Source: a virus (lineage: Duplodnaviria; Caudoviricetes). From it: a DNA stretch of 53,037 nucleotides. Below, in pieces: positions 38,299-46,576 of the stretch. The stretch covers positions 1 to 53,037 of the IMG/VR virus record IMGVR_UViG_3300011338_000290; one strand, written 5' to 3'. The notes below the pieces were generated by a model. That model was not told the origin of the DNA. It made no database searches and was given only the letters and a program-made list of their open reading frames with translations. How positions within the stretch are numbered: position 1 is the stretch's first letter; each line of letters opens with the position of its first letter. The position numbers and the translations under genes were made by a program.

Positions 38299-38724
38299 TT
38301 AGCAAGCCTTGCCGCCTGATTTCATCTTAATCATTGTGCCTTTGGTTTTACCTTTAACTTCAATACCGCCACCTTTTGCCATATTGTGCATACGCTTCTC
38401 ATGGCCTTTGACAGCCTTGGCAGCTACCGTTTTCATCATTGGCTTATCTTTGGCAATGTCTGAATGCGCCATACCGCCGTGTTTCATGCCTTTTTTGGCA
38501 GGAATAACTCCTTTAGCCATAAGAACGTCAGCTTTAGTTACTTTGCCGTCTTTGTTTTTATCTGGAAATTTTTTCATGGTACCGCCTTCCTTAAAAGTTT
38601 TGCCTTTATCGGCTTTGTTAAACTCCCGCCCCACGGACTGTGGGATCCCAACCTTCTTGGCAAACGCAGGATTATTTGCGACTGCCGCCATCAAATTGTG
38701 TTGCTTCTTGCTAGTACTAGGCAT
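38299..38724 (-). CDS. Small basic protein with repeated xKxGG motifs
   Basis: SKKQHNLMAAVA..PAFAKKVGI; EF-hand-like DKNKDGKVTKAD; four GG motifs. Confidence 0.65.
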   Translation of the reverse strand: MPSTSKKQHNLMAAVANNPAFAKKVGIPQSVGREFNKADKGKTFKEGGTMKKFPDKNKDGKVTKADVLMAKGVIPAKKGMKHGGMAHSDIAKDKPMMKTVAAKAVKGHEKRMHNMAKGGGIEVKGKTKGTMIKMKSGGKAC

Positions 38725-38959
38725 TTATTTTGCCTTGAATAAGTTGGTCAATTTTGCTTTCAAGCTTGTTAAAGCGCTGGTCAATGTGCTGCATAATGCG
38801 ATCAACTTCTGCTTGAGTAACGTTATCACGAGCTACCTCCTCACGAGTTTTATTTAATAGGATGTTAAGACGCTGTATTTCCGAAGCCTTATCATGCCCA
38901 ATATAGGCAAGAACACCAAGTAAAGCGGTTAGCACTATATTCCACAGCATCATTTCCAT
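38717..38959 (-). CDS. Small membrane-anchored coiled-coil protein
   Basis: Hydrophobic N-terminus; LLNKTREEVAR...RFNKLESKID. Confidence 0.7.
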   Translation of the reverse strand: MEMMLWNIVLTALLGVLAYIGHDKASEIQRLNILLNKTREEVARDNVTQAEVDRIMQHIDQRFNKLESKIDQLIQGKINA

Positions 38960-39183
38960 TACACTATCCGCCCTTTAGTCTTGCCTTTAATAGCACAACC
39001 ATCGGCACGTTTAGAAGCTGAACCGACCATACCGCCTTTGGCTTTTTTAACAGGTTCAGGTTTTGGTTCTTTCTTTTTCTCAGGTCCAAAAATTTTGTCC
39101 CGTAGCTTAACCATGGGGTTAGCTTCGTTTTCTTCCCGCTCAAGGCGATCTACCATTTCTTGTGGCAACTCATCTTTTTTCAT
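38959..39183 (-). CDS. Small basic protein
   Basis: Ends AKGGMVGSASKRADGCAIKGKTKGRIV. Confidence 0.65.
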   Translation of the reverse strand: MKKDELPQEMVDRLEREENEANPMVKLRDKIFGPEKKKEPKPEPVKKAKGGMVGSASKRADGCAIKGKTKGRIV

Positions 39184-39500
39184 ACCATCTTCCCTTTAGT
39201 TTTGCCACGTACTTCACAGCCACCACCACGCACGGCTCCGCCTTCTTTGCAGTTCCAAGCCCGTAGGGACTTGTTGATGCGGCTATCTGGATCGTTAGCA
39301 GTTTTAGCTGAAGTTAATTTACGCTTCATACCCTTCATGCGGGCGCAGAACGAATCCCGTCTTGAACCACCCTCTGGCTGTGGACGCTTAAGTCCAGGCT
39401 TGCCAGGATTGGCTGCATTGTAGGAAGCCCTGCCCTTGGCGTTTAAACCACCAGCAGGGTTCTTACCTTCTTTGCGAGTCCAAGCAGGAGTCTTAGCCAT
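39180..39500 (-). CDS. Small basic conserved phage protein
   Basis: GGLNAKGRASY...RRDSFCARM...SRINKSLRAWNC; start set at MAKTPAW. Confidence 0.7.
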   Translation of the reverse strand: MAKTPAWTRKEGKNPAGGLNAKGRASYNAANPGKPGLKRPQPEGGSRRDSFCARMKGMKRKLTSAKTANDPDSRINKSLRAWNCKEGGAVRGGGCEVRGKTKGKMV

Positions 39501-39807
39501 AAAATACAACAACCGATGAAGTGGTTGTTACAGTTCCATGCAAATCGGTCTCAACTAAAATACCTTCGCCTGGAATAATGACGCTATATGCGCCAGCATT
39601 TGCCACGGCTGGTGTATTTAAAGTTAAAAGGATTGGTCCACCGCTACCACCGTCTCTAAATACGACAGAACCCGCAGTAGCCCCTGGTATTACATAGAGG
39701 CTTTTTATACGGATACGTCCTAAATTTTGAGGGCTTCCAGCATTATTGGTAACTTGTCCAGTCGCAGTTAGCGGTGCTGACGCTTGTACATCTGATTGCA
39801 TACCCAT
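39493..39807 (-). CDS. Virion structural protein
   Basis: RIKSLY...IPGEGIL pattern; follows capsid block. Confidence 0.65.
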   Translation of the reverse strand: MGMQSDVQASAPLTATGQVTNNAGSPQNLGRIRIKSLYVIPGATAGSVVFRDGGSGGPILLTLNTPAVANAGAYSVIIPGEGILVETDLHGTVTTTSSVVVFYG

Positions 39808-39839
39808 AATTAATCTCCTATATTAGGGTTAACCCTTAA

Positions 39840-40379
39840 TTAAGAAGTAGCAAATGGTGTTGCAACAGTGCCTGAACCTAGTACTGTACCTGTAACCATG
39901 TACTTGTTTGCAGCAATCGCAACAATTTTTACACAAGTACCAGCGACTCCGCCAGTGGTTGTCCCGTTTAAGTTAATAAAGTCGTCACTTGCGCCAGCTA
40001 CAAAACCTACGGCTGCACCAGAAGTGTCGGTGTCAATGGACAATACAGAGCCTACATACTTGTCTGTGCCGTCAGTGCCGATCTTTAGTGATGAAGTAGC
40101 GATTGTGGTTGGAACCCAGATGGTATATACAACACCTTGATTATTGGCGGTGCTTGGATCTTGACCAGGACCAGAAGTGGTTGGGTTTGTAGATACGTTA
40201 ATAGCAGGTAGGGTTAGGGTTAAAGTAGCCGCTAAAGTACCACCTACAGAAATAATACGTCCACCGTGAGCCTCTGGGCTTAGGGTAGTGTCAGCTGTAA
40301 TTGCAACAACAGATGCTGGACCTAGTTGATAAATGCCGCCCAATGAACGAATTGGACCTTGGAATGTGGATCGTGCCAT
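39840..40379 (-). CDS. Putative head decoration/structural protein
   Basis: MARSTFQGPIRS start, HGGRII, LNGTTTGG, TPFA end. Confidence 0.65.
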   Translation of the reverse strand: MARSTFQGPIRSLGGIYQLGPASVVAITADTTLSPEAHGGRIISVGGTLAATLTLTLPAINVSTNPTTSGPGQDPSTANNQGVVYTIWVPTTIATSSLKIGTDGTDKYVGSVLSIDTDTSGAAVGFVAGASDDFINLNGTTTGGVAGTCVKIVAIAANKYMVTGTVLGSGTVATPFATS

Positions 40380-40387
40380 GATAATTC

Positions 40388-40458
40388 TCCATACAAAGTT
40401 AGCTTATTAATCGTGTATGCGTCTGCTGGGGCAGTTTAATAAGCGTGTTTCCCAGTTT
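40388..40458 (-). ncRNA. Structured RNA downstream of capsid gene (candidate Mu-gpT-DE motif)
   Basis: Three interleaved complementary pairs CTGGG/CCCAG, GCTTATTAA/TTAATAAGC, CATACA/TGTATG; location matches the described motif. Confidence 0.55.
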
Positions 40459-40482
40459 CAATAATCTTACTACAAACAAATT

Positions 40483-40508
40483 AAAAAAGGGGAGTTTTTG
40501 GCTCCCCT
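40483..40508 (-). terminator. Rho-independent terminator after major capsid gene
   Basis: AGGGGAG-CCAAAAA-CTCCCCT then T-tract on minus strand. Confidence 0.85.
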
Positions 40509-40513
40509 CTTCT

Positions 40514-41425
40514 TTATGCGCCTTGCGAACCCCACATTCCTAGTGGATCCGAGAATCCGAAGGAATAACGCTCACGAGACTTGTAACGGACGTTACCAGT
40601 ATCAAAGTCACCGTCCATGCTGTTGCTCAAAGGAGTACGAATAAAGTGCTTCATACCATTTGGAACATCAGTACAGATAAAGTAAGCATTTGGATCGGTC
40701 AGGTAGTTATTAACTGTATAACCTTCTGGGATCGAACCATTGTTTACGATGGCGTTGATGTCGTTGTCAGTTGTACCAACACGCAATTGAGTTTCGAGCA
40801 AACGAGTTGCAACGAACTGTAGTGCAGGTGGAACAATTAACTTACGTGGTTTAGCAGCGATTAACAAGCCACGCTCGTCTGTCCAAGCAGCGATCTGAAT
40901 AACTGCGGCTTCCAAAGAAGTCTCATTCAAATCAGCCATTGTGGACTGAGTATTGCTGTTAGTGCCACCAGAAACCAATGGATGTGCGGTGCTAAATAAA
41001 GCCACACCGTCACCACCAGCATATACGCCAGCAGAGAAACCGTTGTTTAGAACGGAAGCTGCCTTAGTTTGCTTGGTGTATGCCATAGCACGAGCCAAAG
41101 CCTTGGTATAACGAGCGGATAAGCTGTCATACAAGTTGTCCTCGATTGCCTCTTCCGTTAGGGAGAAGCCAAGGGCGATGGTCTCATGGTTATAGCGAGC
41201 TGTGAAAGCCTCTTGTGCATTGTCATAAGCGATGGCAGAACCTTCGTTTTTGACTGGTGCAGCGGAGAAGCCAGACAGTTTTGTTTCTTCTTCGAACGAA
41301 CGCTCAGAGGTCTCAGTTTCATAGATCTCTTTATGTTGTTCACCATACGTTGCGTACTCTAAGCCAAACAAAGCGTTTAAGCCTGGAAGCAACTCTTTCA
41401 GTAGTTGTGCACGTGAAATAGCCAT
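40514..41425 (-). CDS. Major capsid protein (HK97 fold, Mu gpT-like family)
   Basis: MAISRAQLLKELLPGLNALFG, KLIVPPAL, DFDTGNVRYKSRERYSFG; followed by terminator. Confidence 0.9.
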   Translation of the reverse strand: MAISRAQLLKELLPGLNALFGLEYATYGEQHKEIYETETSERSFEEETKLSGFSAAPVKNEGSAIAYDNAQEAFTARYNHETIALGFSLTEEAIEDNLYDSLSARYTKALARAMAYTKQTKAASVLNNGFSAGVYAGGDGVALFSTAHPLVSGGTNSNTQSTMADLNETSLEAAVIQIAAWTDERGLLIAAKPRKLIVPPALQFVATRLLETQLRVGTTDNDINAIVNNGSIPEGYTVNNYLTDPNAYFICTDVPNGMKHFIRTPLSNSMDGDFDTGNVRYKSRERYSFGFSDPLGMWGSQGA

Positions 41426-41437
41426 TTTCTAAGCTCC

Positions 41438-42046
41438 TTATACGCCAGTTGAGTTGTTGTACTGGTGCATAGTCGCATTTATCTTAACGATAAACTCAAC
41501 GAATGTATCAGTGCCAGTTGCAGTCTCTCTAACCACATCAATAATACGAATAGGTAGAGTATTAGTAGTAGCTTGTGTTCCTTCATCAATCGCAACTTTG
41601 GAGTTACCAGTAGTGGTAGAACCAGCGTTTTGAATTAGAGCAATGTTGTTACCGATGGCAGAAATGCCCATGCCAGCAACAGTTGTTCCTGAAGAACAAG
41701 AAACTACTTGGAACAGCGTATCAGGATCGTCTGCAACCACGGCAAAAATCTTGGTTCCAGATTTGATTGACTGACTTGCTGGGTAAAACTGCTGTTGTTG
41801 TACTTGACCAGTAGAACTATTGGTGAAACTAACACCTAAAAACACACCGCAAGGCGTGGCAGTAGTTGTGCCAGTGTCTTTCTCAATTGTTCCATCGGAA
41901 ATACGTTTTACTAAATCACCATAAAAAATGTTTGTAGCATAGCCACTTGCAATTTCCATTTGACGAGTTGCTCCCGCAAAGACTTGTCCGCCAATTAAAT
42001 TAACGGGTCTTAGTCCATACGGTGCGTCTACGGTTGGATAAGCCAT
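41438..42046 (-). CDS. Capsid decoration/cement protein (putative)
   Basis: APYGLRPV, IFYGDLV, DDPDTLF; immediately upstream of capsid gene. Confidence 0.65.
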   Translation of the reverse strand: MAYPTVDAPYGLRPVNLIGGQVFAGATRQMEIASGYATNIFYGDLVKRISDGTIEKDTGTTTATPCGVFLGVSFTNSSTGQVQQQQFYPASQSIKSGTKIFAVVADDPDTLFQVVSCSSGTTVAGMGISAIGNNIALIQNAGSTTTGNSKVAIDEGTQATTNTLPIRIIDVVRETATGTDTFVEFIVKINATMHQYNNSTGV

Positions 42047-42065
42047 ATTAAGCTCCTAAATAAAA

Positions 42066-42512
42066 TTAACCTTTACCAAAAGTTGTCGTGGACTTGCTCT
42101 CTTTAAAGAGCGGCATCCTTGGGTCACTTTGGCGCATAAGGCTACTGTCTACAGCTTCCATCTGATTTTCTGTTTGCTTTTGGTAATGTGCATTACGTTG
42201 AGCAACAAACTCTTCTGGAGTCTTGCAAAGCAATAACCCGCCAATCTCAATATTGTCCTTAAAGCGACTATTGGGATCAACTAGCAGTTGAAACTTGGGT
42301 TGTTCTTCTAACGCTACAGGCTCCCAACCTTCTCTTAGTTTCCCAGAGAGATTGCGAGGGTCCGCCTGATTCAACGTTGAAGTACGAATCCATCTATACG
42401 CATACCCAGCCTGTTTGTCAGGCTCAGGGAGCAATTCTGCTGGCGCCCACTGCTTTGGACGTTCGCTTGTTGCACGGGTATCTAGTTCGCGAGCAAGTTT
42501 ATTTGTAGTCAT
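42066..42512 (-). CDS. Conserved head-module protein
   Basis: YRWIR, REGWEPV, IGGLLLCK; start set at MTTNKL with GGAGG RBS. Confidence 0.7.
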   Translation of the reverse strand: MTTNKLARELDTRATSERPKQWAPAELLPEPDKQAGYAYRWIRTSTLNQADPRNLSGKLREGWEPVALEEQPKFQLLVDPNSRFKDNIEIGGLLLCKTPEEFVAQRNAHYQKQTENQMEAVDSSLMRQSDPRMPLFKESKSTTTFGKG

Positions 42513-42513
42513 G

Positions 42514-43509
42514 TTAAGCCTCCAGTTTTTGCATTTCACGAGCATATTGCTCAGGGGTCAAACCAAGTTTTTTGGCAATAGCCACTTGACTTGCTTTTAG
42601 CACAATTCTTTTTGACGCCGTGCTACGCGTTGCTGGTGCAACTACTGGTGCTGATCTACTTTCATTGCGCTGACTGGGCTTGTCGCCCCCAACCTGCGTT
42701 TCTACTTCTAATTCGTCCGAAAAATTTTCGGGAAATCGTTTGCGCATAGTGCTATCTATACGTTTGAAATACTCTTCGGTACCAATATAACCTTTACCAA
42801 ATTCTTTTTCAAGCTTTGCATGCGTACCCAAAGCCAAGGCAGTCATCTCTTCATCAGGCCCATACCAAGAGTTTTTATCAAGCCACTTAGCAGTTAACGG
42901 GTCGATCTTCGGACTTTCTTGAGTCTGAGTCGTTTGTTGTGCTATTTGTACATCATCTTCTTGAATTTGTAAAGAAGGTTTAAAGTTTTTAGCTCTGTCT
43001 TGTTTTAAGCTAGCTTCTGTTAATTTTTGCTGAGCTTCAACAATTCGATCTGTATCTCCCGAGTCATATGCGTCACGATAGACTCGTTTTGCCATTTCTA
43101 ACTCTGTGTCAGCAGCATTTTGTACAGTTTCAATATAAGTTTTTTCGCCATCACTATATTGTTTCTTAAGTCTTTGATTTTCTTGAGAAATTTGTTGTGC
43201 AAATCGAATTGCCTCTTCTTTTTCTCTTTCTGCTGCCTCTTTAACACGACGCTCATCATGCCAAGCTTTTTTCATTTGCTCAAGACGCATTTTTACCTTA
43301 TTGGAATACTCCATAAGGTTGTCATCATCAAGTTCTTTTTTTATTTCGTCAGGCAACGGTTTAGCTTGCCTATCTTCTACTGGAGTATCGTCCTCAATTT
43401 CTACAGCAAATTCTTCAGTTTCTGCTGTTTTTGCTTCTGTATCTAAGGGTTTACCCTTATCTTCTGCTTCGTGAGGAAATTTAAAGTCATCTTTTTGAAT
43501 TTCAGCCAT
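42514..43509 (-). CDS. Capsid scaffolding protein
   Basis: Acidic coiled coil, WLDKNSWYG, C-terminal IAKKLGLTPEQYA. Confidence 0.75.
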   Translation of the reverse strand: MAEIQKDDFKFPHEAEDKGKPLDTEAKTAETEEFAVEIEDDTPVEDRQAKPLPDEIKKELDDDNLMEYSNKVKMRLEQMKKAWHDERRVKEAAEREKEEAIRFAQQISQENQRLKKQYSDGEKTYIETVQNAADTELEMAKRVYRDAYDSGDTDRIVEAQQKLTEASLKQDRAKNFKPSLQIQEDDVQIAQQTTQTQESPKIDPLTAKWLDKNSWYGPDEEMTALALGTHAKLEKEFGKGYIGTEEYFKRIDSTMRKRFPENFSDELEVETQVGGDKPSQRNESRSAPVVAPATRSTASKRIVLKASQVAIAKKLGLTPEQYAREMQKLEA

Positions 43510-43519
43510 GTTTTATCTC

Positions 43520-43930
43520 CTAAACAAATTTACGTTTAATACCACGAGGATCTTGGACTACAGCCTCAACAGAGTCATCATTAATAATACGAAACTCACG
43601 GTCATGGATAACTAATCTTGTACCAGCATTAGGACGCACCAAAATAAAATCGCCTTTTTTGCACCAAGGCCCATTAGGAAACCTTGTTTTATCTTGATAA
43701 CAATCTGGACCCATATCAACTACAAATAAAACCGTAGTTAATAATTCGTCATGTCGACGGGTTTCATCAGCTTTAATAAGACCGCTGTCAAAAGCTTCTT
43801 CAGCCTCTGGAATTGCGCAAAGTATCCTATACCCTTGAGGTATAGGGAGTTGTTTGGCTTTTTCTTCTGCTTCTTTATGCAAAACTGTACTTAAATCTAC
43901 TGCTTTTTCCAAATCAATGACGTTAGTCAT
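43520..43930 (-). CDS. groES: Phage-encoded GroES/Cpn10-like co-chaperonin
   Basis: PQGYRIL, SGLI, MGPDCY, KKGDFIL, AGTRL, RIINDDSVEAVV. Confidence 0.8.
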   Translation of the reverse strand: MTNVIDLEKAVDLSTVLHKEAEEKAKQLPIPQGYRILCAIPEAEEAFDSGLIKADETRRHDELLTTVLFVVDMGPDCYQDKTRFPNGPWCKKGDFILVRPNAGTRLVIHDREFRIINDDSVEAVVQDPRGIKRKFV

Positions 43931-44117
43931 CAGCGTTCTCCAGATTTTTTGCGAGGTCTAGTAAATATGACTCAGCAGTAAGAAGGCCTCGTATCTCACC
44001 ACAAAGTGCGCGATATTCTGCGTAATCCTTAGCTGCGCCACTGGAAACGGCTTCAGCTATTTGGTTGCGCTTATCTCTGTACTGTTTAAGCAGTACCTCA
44101 AGCGTTTTGTCCATCAA
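43923..44117 (-). CDS. Small conserved head-module protein
   Basis: DYAEYRALCGEIRGL pattern; follows portal. Confidence 0.7.
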   Translation of the reverse strand: MMDKTLEVLLKQYRDKRNQIAEAVSSGAAKDYAEYRALCGEIRGLLTAESYLLDLAKNLENADD

Positions 44118-46567
44118 TCACCTTTCTTTTGCGCCTTTTTATAGGCGATGTCTGCACCAATCTTCAAACCTTCCAACTCCATCTTAGCTTCTAGGTCGGC
44201 TTTATCTTTGGCTACTTTAGCTCCAACTTGCATACCAGCAATTTCTTTTTGTGCTTCTATACGATCACGTTCAATTTGAAGTTGATCTTCTTTAGCTGCT
44301 GCATCAACTTGAAGTTTTTGTTGCTTAAGTTGCAGGTCTGCTTGCTTCAGTTGTAATTCCATCTGTTGCATTTGGACCAGTGGGTCTTGCGCCGCTTGGG
44401 CGTTTTGTTGCGCTTGCGCTTCTTGCTGATTCTGTTGCAAGAGCTGTTGTGTTGCTTGAGCAGCGAGTTGCGAGATTCTGACTTCCAAATGCTCTGGAAT
44501 GCCTTCCTCTTCGTATTGTTCGTTATCAGGTGGAAGCTCCATGCCCATACGCATTTCCATCTGCTTACGATATTCATAGCCAATGTGTTCATTAACATGA
44601 GCCATCATAGCGGCCTGTATCTGTTGTGCCATTGGGTTCATACCAACCAATTGTTGAATCTTAGGATCTTGCATTGCACCCATATGCACCGCAATATGAG
44701 CTTGATGGTCCTGATAAAGGAAAGCCTTGACAGGCTTCATCATTAGAACGTTTTGATTCTCAGTAACAGGATCCATTGGTTTTCTGTCGTCTTGAGACGG
44801 CACAAGCTTTGAATAATTTTTGATACCCAACACGTCTAACATCTGACGATGTAAGAGTGGAAGATCATAGAGCTGTGGTGCAGTTTGAGCGAGTTGTAGA
44901 GCTGCTTGATATTGCACTACTTTTTGCGACATAGTAGCCGCGTTGGGGTCTGATACAGGTATGACGTTTACTTGGTCATAGTCTGATTTCTTAGCTCTAC
45001 GACTGCCTTCAATTGGCTCATAGGCATATTCATCAGGGGTATAGTCTGCAATAATTTTCTTTAAGAGCCGGAACTCCTGCTTCATTGCATAGTGAATACG
45101 AGCCTGTACTGCACTCATTACTTTTAATGTTCTTTCTAATATCGCAAGCGTGGTTCCCACTGGCGAATTAGCAGACATGTCGCTAACTTTCATATCTGCT
45201 GCTGCAGCAAAACGTCTTCCTTCGTCAATGATTTGATTCATCAACTGATACAAAGTCTGACTTGGTTCCTTATATGGAAGAGGCAAGATGTTATCCCGCA
45301 TAGTCCCACTAGGTACATCAACGTCTCTGAACTCTCCAGGAGCTATCGGCGTGTCGTCGCCTTTAACCCGTAAGCCCCTCGTTTTGAACCCCCCTGGAAG
45401 ATTAGAAAGAGTACCAGCATCAACAAGCTGACGAAGAATGCTAGTACCAGACTTAGCAAAAGCCCCAATGAGGTGAATAAGACCAAAACAATAAAAACCA
45501 AAACCTGGAATATAACCGTAATGAACGAAGTGGTTACGTTTCGCATGCGTATCATCATCTGGCTCCCAGTTACGTCGAATTGCAAGAATATTACTTGTTC
45601 CTTTTTCAATAGTAACTACATAAGGAAGAGCAATACCTGTTAGTTTGCCTTTGTCATCTTTATGCTCGTGACCAGGAAGATCTAAACTAACATGCATCTC
45701 AAGAAGTTTAAAGCGATCATCCGATGTAGCTCTAAAGCCCATCTTCTCAGCAATTTTCTTCTCTACTTCGTCTAACGCATTAACGGGATCACCCAAGTCA
45801 ACTTCACGATAGAAACCTGCGACTTGCAACTTAATTAACTCATTCTTGGTCTTGCGCATCACGTGCGTGACCCGCTCAGAAGTTTCAATATTACTAGAGC
45901 CGTAAGGAACAACGATGTCTTCTGCAGGTACAAATATAGATGCTTGACGCTCTAGATTTGGATCGTAATAAACTTTCTTAAACGCATTACCCGATAGACC
46001 TAAGCCCCATAACATGCGCTCATGTTCAGGTCTGTATTCCTTCATTACATCTGTTAGCTGGTAGTTCATGTCTTCTTTGACACGTTCTGCCGCATCTTTT
46101 TTCTCTGGCGTCTCACGACCAATGATTTCAATCTTTACAGGACCTGCTGCTGGAAAAGTCTCCATCATGGTTTCTGATTGGAACTTCACCAGTGCTTCAG
46201 AGAGGAGGGGGTGATATACACCACAGGCGCCTTCCCATGGTTCTGTGCGTTCTTCAATCTTCATACCGAGTAGCTCTAAGCCATCGACATAAGTCTGCAT
46301 CCAGTCTTTACGAGAAGAGACGTCATCATCAAAATCACTAATTAAATCATTAGCTAAAGATTGAAGGTCTTGCTCGCTCATGTCCTCTGCAAGATTTGCA
46401 CCAAAGTCTTCTTCGTCTTCGCCTTTTTCTATTCTTAGAATAGGCATTCCATCAATACCAATTTCAATGGACTCTGGATCTTCAATAGCAATTTCAATAG
46501 GCATTTCTTCCATGGCTAATTGATCCATGCCTAACGGTGCTTGATATAAACCTTTTTCTATTGCCAT
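44114..46567 (-). CDS. Portal protein (P22-like, long C-terminal helical barrel)
   Basis: Follows TerL; EPWEGACGVYHP, GNAFKKVYYD, LVDAGTLSNLPGG; Gln-rich tail. Confidence 0.88.
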   Translation of the reverse strand: MAIEKGLYQAPLGMDQLAMEEMPIEIAIEDPESIEIGIDGMPILRIEKGEDEEDFGANLAEDMSEQDLQSLANDLISDFDDDVSSRKDWMQTYVDGLELLGMKIEERTEPWEGACGVYHPLLSEALVKFQSETMMETFPAAGPVKIEIIGRETPEKKDAAERVKEDMNYQLTDVMKEYRPEHERMLWGLGLSGNAFKKVYYDPNLERQASIFVPAEDIVVPYGSSNIETSERVTHVMRKTKNELIKLQVAGFYREVDLGDPVNALDEVEKKIAEKMGFRATSDDRFKLLEMHVSLDLPGHEHKDDKGKLTGIALPYVVTIEKGTSNILAIRRNWEPDDDTHAKRNHFVHYGYIPGFGFYCFGLIHLIGAFAKSGTSILRQLVDAGTLSNLPGGFKTRGLRVKGDDTPIAPGEFRDVDVPSGTMRDNILPLPYKEPSQTLYQLMNQIIDEGRRFAAAADMKVSDMSANSPVGTTLAILERTLKVMSAVQARIHYAMKQEFRLLKKIIADYTPDEYAYEPIEGSRRAKKSDYDQVNVIPVSDPNAATMSQKVVQYQAALQLAQTAPQLYDLPLLHRQMLDVLGIKNYSKLVPSQDDRKPMDPVTENQNVLMMKPVKAFLYQDHQAHIAVHMGAMQDPKIQQLVGMNPMAQQIQAAMMAHVNEHIGYEYRKQMEMRMGMELPPDNEQYEEEGIPEHLEVRISQLAAQATQQLLQQNQQEAQAQQNAQAAQDPLVQMQQMELQLKQADLQLKQQKLQVDAAAKEDQLQIERDRIEAQKEIAGMQVGAKVAKDKADLEAKMELEGLKIGADIAYKKAQKKGD

Positions 46568-46576
46568 AGTTGTGCC

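Noticed and set aside
40388-40458. Cobalamin riboswitch (CTGGGAA and ACTGCCCC resemblance)
   Set aside because: Too short, element order is wrong, and the context is structural genes
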